Both the position numbers and the translations under genes were made by a program. A stretch of DNA of 24,719 nucleotides from a candidate division WWE3 bacterium (lineage in GTDB: Bacteria; Patescibacteriota; WWE3; UBA101185; UBA10185): positions 1-24,719 of the forward strand of contig JBPOHY010000161.1 in assembly GCA_052035055.1 (NCBI GenBank), read 5' to 3'. Of this stretch, positions 1-6,502 are shown piece by piece (the first letter of the stretch is position 1; each line of letters starts with the position of its first letter). The notes under the pieces are model-generated. The model was not told where the DNA came from. It did not search any database and saw only the letters and a program-made list of their open reading frames with translations.

Positions 1-591
1 GGATTTGAAGCGCACAGCAGTGCATACTACGGAATTACAGCCATTAACAAGATGTATCTTGAGGATGTGCAGGCAGTACAAACAAGTACTGATAACCCTA
101 AGCAAAACACATATACAGTAAGTTGCAATTCAGACGCATATAAATACGCCGTACACAGTACCAAAGAAATTCCACACGGAGACCTTATTTTAAAGATTGA
201 TGACCCAATACAACGAGTCGACTATACAGTTAAATGGATAGATATAGACTTAGAGCAAAAGAGCTTGAACTTTGAAGTATCCTCGCCAATCAATAGACTT
301 TCAGCAACATCCCCAGAAGCAATCCTTTTTGAAGACCAAATGGTAATTACCCAAAAAATAGATACGCAACTAACAGATTGTTCGAATATGGTAAAAGAAC
401 TCAACTCCGCAATAGAAATTTGCACTAAAGCAAAAACCGCAGCCGTCGAACCAACCCGTGTTGAACCAGCTAGACTAGACAGTGTGTTCTATATGGCAGG
501 AGGATCACTCGCACTTGTTTCGGGTATACTGGGGTTCTTCATAGGTAAAAAACAACGAGTGCAAACCCCCATCAATAGCATTAATGAATAA
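1..591 (+). CDS. Hypothetical protein with C-terminal membrane anchor, 5'-truncated by the window edge
   Basis: The frame of ORF 52..591 is open back to base 1 (GFEAHSSAYYGITAINKM...). A C-terminal hydrophobic helix (VFYMAGGSLALVSGILGFFIG) is followed by KKQR. Confidence 0.75.
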   Translation, partial: GFEAHSSAYYGITAINKMYLEDVQAVQTSTDNPKQNTYTVSCNSDAYKYAVHSTKEIPHGDLILKIDDPIQRVDYTVKWIDIDLEQKSLNFEVSSPINRLSATSPEAILFEDQMVITQKIDTQLTDCSNMVKELNSAIEICTKAKTAAVEPTRVEPARLDSVFYMAGGSLALVSGILGFFIGKKQRVQTPINSINE

Positions 592-889
592 CTACTTATT
601 AGCCCTAGGCATTACCATAGTAATAGAAACTCTCATAGCAATGCCTGTGTTAGGTAAAAATAAAAGCAGCATTTTGTATTCGGTAATTGTAAATTTGATT
701 AGCCACCCTTGGGCATATATTGCATATATTTATTTTGGTGTTAATTATGTTGTCGTGGAAATTGCAGTAATCCTTGTAGAAGTAGGGCTTTTGAAAAAAT
801 TCACCAGCTTTCCACTCAAAAAGTGTATGTATTCTGCGTTAGCCATGAATTTGGGGTCTGCCTATATCGGGCGTTTGCTATATTTTTAA
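584..889 (+). CDS. Small integral membrane protein (101 aa, 3-4 TM helices)
   Basis: Hydrophobic throughout. The ATG overlaps the upstream stop by 8 nt (ATGAATAA), suggesting translational coupling. Confidence 0.8.
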   Translation: MNNYLLALGITIVIETLIAMPVLGKNKSSILYSVIVNLISHPWAYIAYIYFGVNYVVVEIAVILVEVGLLKKFTSFPLKKCMYSALAMNLGSAYIGRLLYF

Positions 890-895
890 AAGATT

Positions 896-983
896 TGGCG
901 GAGAAGGAGGGATTCGAACCCTCGATACCTTGCGGTATGGCGGTTTAGTAAACCGCTGCACTCGACCACTATGCGACTCCTCC
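896..983 (-). tRNA. tRNA-Ser with anticodon ACT (class II, long variable arm), CCA encoded
   Basis: Reverse complement folds as GGAGGAG/CTTCTCC acceptor, GCAT/GTGC D-stem, GCGGT-TTACTAA-ACCGC anticodon arm, ATACC-GCAA-GGTAT variable arm, GAGGG-TTCGAAT-CCCTC T-arm, G discriminator and CCA. Confidence 0.93.
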
Positions 984-1011
984 ATACAATACATGGCTAC
1001 ATACAGTGGGC

Positions 1012-1020
1012 ATTATATCA
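1012..1020 (-). promoter_or_regulatory. Extended -10 promoter (TGATATAAT) for tRNA-Ser(ACT)
   Basis: Perfect TGnTATAAT 28 nt upstream of the tRNA 5' end. Confidence 0.7.
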
Positions 1021-1090
1021 AAAATCCTATGCAGAAATAAAAAAACCCCTCCAAGCATTAAAATTTTTTGGGTTATTAAAATAAAGCCTT

Positions 1091-1300
1091 CTAATCAAGA
1101 AAAACGGTTTTCACGTAAGTAAGCTTATCGTCTACATTTTTTTGATAGTGCGCTGTTATTGCAGCAGCATTAGTACTAGACTGCTTTAGTAAAAAAAGCA
1201 CCTGCTGGTCTGCCGGGAGCTTACTAGTAGACATTAATAGTCCAAATGTTAGCTCTAATTCTTCATTGGTTTTTTCTGATTTAAAAATTAGTTTTTGCAT
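1091..1300 (-). CDS. Small hypothetical protein (69 aa) between the two tRNA-Ser genes
   Basis: ATG-started ORF with a TATACT hexamer (1309-1314) 8 nt upstream, matching the leaderless pattern of other genes here. No recognisable motif. Confidence 0.5.
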   Translation of the reverse strand: MQKLIFKSEKTNEELELTFGLLMSTSKLPADQQVLFLLKQSSTNAAAITAHYQKNVDDKLTYVKTVFLD

Positions 1301-1524
1301 ATAGGTTTAGTATACAACAAGATGCGGAGGGTACACGATGTACTGACTAATCTTTTTTCCCTGGAACATCTCAAAAAAAACCCAGCATATACAAGTAAGA
1401 GTGTATGCGTAACATCTACATTCATGAGACTACTCTCTCAAATTTTAACGCAGTCCACCACGTGGATAGGGTCATGCACAGTCCTAACAGTACCAGCTGG
1501 AAGGCTCTAGTCAGAATAGTATTT

Positions 1525-1612
1525 TGGCGGAGGGTGCGGGATTTGAACCCACGGTCCCGAATTACGGGACACGGCTTAGCAAGCCGCTGCATTACCACTC
1601 TGCCAACCCTCC
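1525..1612 (-). tRNA. tRNA-Ser(GCT), class II, CCA encoded
   Basis: GGAGGGT/ACCCTCC acceptor, GCGGC-TTGCTAA-GCCGT anticodon arm, GTCCCG-TAATT-CGGGAC variable arm, GTGGG-TTCAAAT-CCCGC T-arm, then GCCA. Confidence 0.97.
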
Positions 1613-1635
1613 ACAGCTTTGTTACAGGCACGGCT

Positions 1636-1641
1636 ATTATA
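1636..1641 (-). promoter_or_regulatory. -10 element (TATAAT) for tRNA-Ser(GCT), overlapping the comF stop codon
   Basis: Perfect TATAAT 23 nt upstream of the tRNA. Its TAA is the comF stop. Confidence 0.5.
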
Positions 1642-2341
1642 CATAATCCTTAAACTTTTTACATAAAGTAAAACATTGTACATCCAAAACACCAGCCAAA
1701 TACAAAAGCTTAGAAACACTCAAGAGTGTGGCACCGGTAGTACAAACATCATCCACCAGAACAAACGTAGTACCAGCGGAATATTTGCTAACAACGGTCG
1801 AATTTAATTCAAATGCGTTTTCCAAGTTCTTAAATCTTTCGGTACGACCTAATAAGTACTGACCCTGCGTATGCACACACCTTTTTAGCAATCGCTCCTC
1901 GACCTTAAGACCAAAAGCAGCTCCTAGTTCCTTTGCAATCAACACTGCCTGATTAAATCCACGGCGTTTATAGCGCTCTGTGCTCAATGGGACAGGTATA
2001 AGCACAACGTCCTTGTAAACAAGACCGCATTTTTTTGCATGGTCTATACCTGCTTTTATCAAAACTTTCAGCGCAGCAAAAGTACGGGCACCATATTTTG
2101 CCCTTTTTAAACACAGACGCACCTTCCCCTCATACAAAAAACAGCTGAAAATTTTTGTGGGCAAAAAAGAGGTCCTACAACAGTCATGTACCTTACCTTC
2201 CTTACTAAACTTATCGCAAACGATACAAAAGTCATACTCTACTACGCGGCAATTATCCAAACACAAGTCACAAAACACTTTGCCCCTTTTTTCACAGATC
2301 AAACAGGTTGGTGTAAAAATGGCATTTATAAGCTTTTCCAT
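1637..2341 (-). CDS. comF: ComF family competence protein (Zn-finger plus phosphoribosyltransferase domain)
   Basis: N-terminal CLIC...CDLC and CIVC motifs, VPL...RRGFNQA, and the PRPP-binding loop VLVDDVCTTGATL. Confidence 0.92.
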   Translation of the reverse strand: MEKLINAIFTPTCLICEKRGKVFCDLCLDNCRVVEYDFCIVCDKFSKEGKVHDCCRTSFLPTKIFSCFLYEGKVRLCLKRAKYGARTFAALKVLIKAGIDHAKKCGLVYKDVVLIPVPLSTERYKRRGFNQAVLIAKELGAAFGLKVEERLLKRCVHTQGQYLLGRTERFKNLENAFELNSTVVSKYSAGTTFVLVDDVCTTGATLLSVSKLLYLAGVLDVQCFTLCKKFKDYV

Positions 2342-2344
2342 AAG

Positions 2345-2353
2345 TTATCCACA
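2345..2353 (+). promoter_or_regulatory. Perfect DnaA box TTATCCACA, 3 nt upstream of the comF ATG
   Basis: Exact match to the canonical 9-mer. Function is not shown. Confidence 0.4.
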
Positions 2354-2517
2354 AGGCTTTTTACACTACCGCAGTGAGCACAAACTGGACAGTAACCTAT
2401 AACTGTGCGTGTGTTATACCCCGTAGCAATGATTAATATATGCTGCAAAAAACAAAATGAAAAGTTTATGAAATCTAGCAAAAATAGAAAAACACAGGCT
2501 CCCCTGTGTATACAACT

Positions 2518-2526
2518 ATTATAACA
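2518..2526 (-). promoter_or_regulatory. Extended -10 (TGTTATAAT) pointing toward comF
   Basis: Perfect TGnTATAAT on the minus strand, about 175 nt upstream of comF. Confidence 0.55.
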
Positions 2527-2569
2527 GGAATATACTTAAATGTGCAGACTACCGCAAAAAGTATGAAAC

Positions 2570-2578
2570 TGCTATAAA
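2570..2578 (+). promoter_or_regulatory. Extended -10 (TGCTATAAA) for the ABC gene, leaderless spacing
   Basis: The hexamer ends 6 nt before the ATG at 2585. No SD. Confidence 0.5.
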
Positions 2579-2584
2579 TCCGCT

Positions 2585-4393
2585 ATGCAAATGCCAAAAG
2601 ACAAGCCAAAAGTAAGAAATATAACAAAAACGGTATACGAAATGGTATCGTATGCAGCCAAAAGATGGCCGTGGTATACCCTGTTGTCATTTACACTATT
2701 AATAGTTGCCGTATTAATCCCAATAGTTCAGGCATGGATAGGCGGTCAAATTATAGACACCCTTGTTGCACAACTAACCACCTCCCAGGGACTCGACGAC
2801 AAGCTCATAAGACTCATCATAATACTCTTGGTATCGCTAGTAGTTGGCGACTTTGTTAAAAACCTAAGATCCATCACAGAGTACAACTTAATGGAAAAAA
2901 TACGTATTCAAATGACCGAGGATGTAGTAAGAAAGCTGGCCTATCTAGATTCAGAATACTATGACACGCCAAAAATAAACGACATGATTAATAGGGTTCA
3001 AACTAAGCACAGACAAGCCCCGCATCAGTTCTTTTATGAGACATTAATCTTTTTGGAAGAGTTAACTAAGGTAGTTTCGGGTTTTGTGATTTTAATCGGA
3101 CTTGGACCAATAGTTATACTAGTAACTTTATTGGCGCTATTGCCAGAAACCGTTAGTAACATGTTCTTCATAAAAAAAACCTGGAAGGTCATGAACGAGC
3201 TTACGGAAATGAGCAGGGATGCCAATATGACAGAGGGGATTTTGAAATCAGAAACAAATTTGCAAGAGTTAAGAATATTTAGACTCAGAGACTACATGAT
3301 AGGAAGGTTTAAAGAATTATACGAGAACTACAATGCAGTGGAACTGAAAATCAACAATAAAAGAAGGTTATTTAGCAGTATTTTGGGGATTGTATCAATA
3401 ATAGGGCACGGAATTAGTATGGTGGTAATAATATACAAAGTCGTTTATAAAACCATCACAATAGGACAATTTTCATTTTACTTAAGTATGCTAAATAGAT
3501 TTGAAAATTCGGTTTACAGCATGTTTTCTGTGTCTACTAGACTTTACGAACGCGGACTATACGTGCAAGAGATTTTTGACTTTATGAGGCTCGAGCAAAA
3601 GATAAAAAACGGTAATGTGCTGCTGGAAAAATCAGCTAACCCCCCAGCCATAGAGTTTAAAGACGTATGGTTCAAATACCCAGGGGCAAGCAAGTACGCG
3701 CTAAAAGAATTCAGCTTAAAAATCCATCCTGGGGAGCACATCGCCATTGTGGGTGAAAACGGAGCAGGAAAAACCACCTTGATTAGATTATTGATGAGAT
3801 TCTACGACGTAGATAAAGGCGAAATATTAATAAACGGCGTAAAAATTACCGAATTAGACCTGGACACCTGGTACGCTCTAGTAGCAACACTTTTTCAGGA
3901 ATTCAACTTTTATCACTTTTCGGCCAAAACAAACATAGGGGTAGGTAATTTGGACTTAATGGAAAATACTAGCCAGATAATGAATGCAGCAAGGTCGGCA
4001 GGAGCGCATGACTTTATCCAAAGATACGACAATAAATACGACCAAATATTGAGCAAACAATTTTCGGGTGGTATAAATCCATCGGTAGGGCAAAAACAGA
4101 AAATTGCCTTGGCGAGAGCTTTTTTTAAAAAATCCCCAGTGTTGATTTTGGACGAACCCACAAGTGCAATTGACCCAAAGTCCGAGTTCGAAATCTTTGA
4201 GAAACTATTAAATTTTGCCCAAGGAAAAACAGTCATAATAATTTCACACAGGTTTTCTACAGTACGTAACGCAAATAGAATATTAGTAATTGAAGGTGGA
4301 AATATTATAGAGGAGGGTACACACGAGGAATTGATTGCACTAAACGGTAAATATAAGCATGCATTTGAGTTACAAAAACGGGGATATGAATAA
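2585..4393 (+). CDS. ABC exporter, fused permease plus ATP-binding domain (ABCB/MdlB-like)
   Basis: N-terminal TM helices, Walker A GENGAGKT, Q-loop LFQEF, signature variant PSVGQKQKIALARA, Walker B VLILDEPT, H-loop ISHR. Confidence 0.95.
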   Translation: MQMPKDKPKVRNITKTVYEMVSYAAKRWPWYTLLSFTLLIVAVLIPIVQAWIGGQIIDTLVAQLTTSQGLDDKLIRLIIILLVSLVVGDFVKNLRSITEYNLMEKIRIQMTEDVVRKLAYLDSEYYDTPKINDMINRVQTKHRQAPHQFFYETLIFLEELTKVVSGFVILIGLGPIVILVTLLALLPETVSNMFFIKKTWKVMNELTEMSRDANMTEGILKSETNLQELRIFRLRDYMIGRFKELYENYNAVELKINNKRRLFSSILGIVSIIGHGISMVVIIYKVVYKTITIGQFSFYLSMLNRFENSVYSMFSVSTRLYERGLYVQEIFDFMRLEQKIKNGNVLLEKSANPPAIEFKDVWFKYPGASKYALKEFSLKIHPGEHIAIVGENGAGKTTLIRLLMRFYDVDKGEILINGVKITELDLDTWYALVATLFQEFNFYHFSAKTNIGVGNLDLMENTSQIMNAARSAGAHDFIQRYDNKYDQILSKQFSGGINPSVGQKQKIALARAFFKKSPVLILDEPTSAIDPKSEFEIFEKLLNFAQGKTVIIISHRFSTVRNANRILVIEGGNIIEEGTHEELIALNGKYKHAFELQKRGYE

Positions 4394-4403
4394 AGCATTA
4401 GGC

Positions 4404-4445
4404 AAAAAAAATCCGGGCCAACAAATAAATGTTAAAACCCGGATT
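4404..4445 (-). terminator. Intrinsic terminator for the 286-aa gene (possibly bidirectional)
   Basis: AATCCGGG/CCCGGATT 8-bp stem with a 20-nt loop that has internal AACA/TGTT pairing, followed by a T-run on the minus strand. Lies between convergent genes. Confidence 0.7.
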
Positions 4446-4472
4446 AACTAGAACATTCGACTACGGCGACTA

Positions 4473-5333
4473 CTAACTCGGATTGTATCGGTAAATGCTG
4501 TTTAAACGGCCTAGTGCAACATCCGAAGCATTGATTGCAAACTCCCCTTGTGGATAGGTGCCCGTATAGTCACGCCCAATTACGCGTTTTGGTAAAAGCG
4601 CAGCAAGCTGGGCACTAAGCGGATCGCTGTAAGTAACTGGTACTCCCTGGCGCATACCCGGAACGGAAAACATCAAAAAATGGTCCGTTTCTACCTCTCC
4701 ATGCAAATCAACGGGGCCTCCACTGTGTTCATCAAGGGCTGGAAAGATGAGCACTTCGGGATGTTCCGGTAAAAATGCCCAAACCAGCGGAGTGGCCAGT
4801 GCAGCGTGCGCATTATTGAAACAACACGCTAATAGAGTTACGCAAGCACACCCCATATCATCCATTACATCGTCCATGTACTCCTTAAAGAAGTGGGGAA
4901 CCCATCTAGGGAGTGTCGGGCGCATATCGGGGGATACCTTCTGCAAAGCGCCTTGTAACAAAAGAGCGTTATCGGTGGCAACCACACGATAAATGCCGGT
5001 ATCAAAAATCCGCACAGTACCCTTGCCGACGTCTCCACGGGTGGACAATCCAAAGGATCTACTGGTGCTGGGTGGATTTAAAGCCAAATGCATGTCATTC
5101 AGGACACTTGGACTATCCTTTGTATCGATGACATTTTCCGGACCCAGTACTTTGTGCGTCCCAGGAACAACCAACAACATCACGTTAGGACCCGCTTGCA
5201 AATTTTGGACCCTATTCTGATAGGCCAACAGGCGCACCAAGCGCTTGTGAGGATGGGAACCAGTAAGAACCTCAACATTACCTACAAACCCCTTCGTATC
5301 ATTCAATGCAGCTCGACCAGCAGATACACACAT
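4473..5333 (-). CDS. Hypothetical protein (286 aa, starts MCVS), SD-led, higher GC
   Basis: Long ORF with AAGGAG 7 nt upstream (5341-5346), its own promoter and a terminator. From memory the motifs LAYQN...GPNVMLL, LACCFNN, PALDEHSG and DH resemble an uncharacterised actinobacterial family (unverified). Confidence 0.85.
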   Translation of the reverse strand: MCVSAGRAALNDTKGFVGNVEVLTGSHPHKRLVRLLAYQNRVQNLQAGPNVMLLVVPGTHKVLGPENVIDTKDSPSVLNDMHLALNPPSTSRSFGLSTRGDVGKGTVRIFDTGIYRVVATDNALLLQGALQKVSPDMRPTLPRWVPHFFKEYMDDVMDDMGCACVTLLACCFNNAHAALATPLVWAFLPEHPEVLIFPALDEHSGGPVDLHGEVETDHFLMFSVPGMRQGVPVTYSDPLSAQLAALLPKRVIGRDYTGTYPQGEFAINASDVALGRLNSIYRYNPS

Positions 5334-5377
5334 GTTTTTTCTCCTTGAAAAAAAGTTAAAGTGACTAAATTACGCAT

Positions 5378-5406
5378 ATTTTACCATGCTATGAGTTATT
5401 GAACAA
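5378..5406 (-). promoter_or_regulatory. Sigma70-type promoter TTGTTC-17-TAAAAT (with TG extension) for the 286-aa gene
   Basis: -35 at 5401-5406, -10 at 5378-5383, preceded by TGG. Confidence 0.55.
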
Positions 5407-5435
5407 GGGAGCGTGAAAAAAATATAAGTTGCAGG

Positions 5436-5894
5436 CTAGCGGGCGTCAATAGGGGGGTAGTTAAGCTCGGGCAGATTAGGTGGATATTGAGTTTTAGGAA
5501 TCTCCTTAACATCTCCTCCCGCTCTCAAAAAAACGGCTATCTGAGCGGCGTTATGCTCCATTATGCGTTTTTCGACCGCTAGCATAGCCTCCTCTGAAAC
5601 ACCGTCCGCAAACCCTATACTATCCACTACGGTTGGGGGTTCTGCGCGGTTAGCTAATCGATGGAAAGCAACATGTGTAAATTTGGGAGTCCTCGCAAAT
5701 AGTGTGGCCTTGACAATATTTTCTGAAGGGTCCTCAGGGTTATTAGAAAAATCAAAGGCACCAGTGTCTATATTCATGCTTGCAGGCAAGAGCATAAGGC
5801 CCTCCCTTACGGCAGCTCCTTTATAGCCCTCGGTCATATTGGGAATAGGTATTTCAGGTGTAGGTACAGGAAAACGGTCGCCAGTTTCGATCAT
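5436..5894 (-). CDS. Hypothetical Pro-rich protein (152 aa)
   Basis: ATG-started ORF. TTGAAA-16-TAAAAT lies 6 nt upstream. No recognisable domain. Confidence 0.7.
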   Translation of the reverse strand: MIETGDRFPVPTPEIPIPNMTEGYKGAAVREGLMLLPASMNIDTGAFDFSNNPEDPSENIVKATLFARTPKFTHVAFHRLANRAEPPTVVDSIGFADGVSEEAMLAVEKRIMEHNAAQIAVFLRAGGDVKEIPKTQYPPNLPELNYPPIDAR

Positions 5895-5900
5895 ACATTT

Positions 5901-5928
5901 ATTTTACTTAGATTTGTGGGAATTTCAA
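5901..5928 (-). promoter_or_regulatory. Promoter TTGAAA-16-TAAAAT, leaderless spacing to the ATG at 5894
   Basis: -35 at 5923-5928, -10 at 5901-5906, 6 nt to the ATG. Confidence 0.55.
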
Positions 5929-5998
5929 TGCTGGAAACTCGGCACTTTGTGCCTATTGCACCCCAACTGGCTAAGTTCTGGTACTCACTAACTAATCT

Positions 5999-6431
5999 TG
6001 GTGGAGATGGGGGGAATCGAACCCCCGTCCTGAAAGCGCAAAGTACAAAAGTTTACAACGCAGGCAAAGCCGGCGCTGGGAGGCATTAAGCATCCCAAGT
6101 TTAGCAAGATAGATTTTTAGAAAGCTAGCTATCTCACGCTCTAGAACTCTTTCTATAGACTAGGTTTAAGGTTTGCCCTTTTGGAAAGTTAGTTCGTCAG
6201 ACTAAATATCCGCAACCTGATTTTATAAGACCCTTTTAGCCCTTTCAGGTAAAAACTAAAGGATCGCCATATCGCTTAAAAAATTAAGCGGCTGCGTAAG
6301 CGTATTCTGCGAACGCTGGCTGAAGTGCTACTTCGTTTTCTGCACTTATAGTTTTGTTGGCTTTTAACAAAGATCCAACACTTTGACTTGCTCTTGTAAA
6401 TTTTGCAGTCAGTCTAAGCCACTGCATCCCC
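5999..6431 (-). ncRNA. ssrA: tmRNA (433 nt), tag peptide AENEVALQPAFAEYAYAAA
   Basis: The 5' end GGGGATGCAGTGGCTTAGAC pairs with the 3' end CATCTCCACCA and gives the alanine G3:U70 pair. T-arm is GGGGG-TTCGATT-CCCCC. An ATAAGT-GCA resume context opens a tag ORF at 6284-6343 ending AAA-stop. smpB is nearby. Confidence 0.95.
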
Positions 6432-6443
6432 ATACTCTGAGAT

Positions 6444-6452
6444 TTTATAACA
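6444..6452 (-). promoter_or_regulatory. Extended -10 (TGTTATAAA) for tmRNA
   Basis: Lies 12 nt upstream of the mature 5' end, leaving a short leader for RNase P processing. Confidence 0.5.
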
Positions 6453-6502
6453 TTAAGAAGAATTAGGCAAATTACTATGGGGCCATCAGCTGTGTGGGCT
6501 TG

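Noticed and set aside
1295-1653. ORFs 1295..1510, 1405..1653 and 1422..1631
   Set aside because: Two overlap tRNA-Ser(GCT) and the third lies antisense just downstream of it. None has motifs or start signals, so they are likely spurious.
2342-2584. Chromosomal origin oriC
   Set aside because: Only one perfect DnaA box, no dnaA/dnaN nearby, and no obvious strand-skew switch in the lines sampled by eye. Whole-genome skew would be needed.
4090-4270. Reassignment of AGA/AGG to Ser, suggested by tRNA-Ser(ACT)
   Set aside because: Conserved Arg residues of the ABC domain (LARA via AGA, SHR via AGG) use these codons.
5941-5953. GGCAC-AAA-GTGCC hairpin downstream of tmRNA as a terminator
   Set aside because: Only a 5-bp stem and no U-tract, too weak to call.
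4394-5998. Intact integrative element at tmRNA
   Set aside because: No integrase, and I found no duplicate of the tmRNA 3' end (att repeat) in the window.
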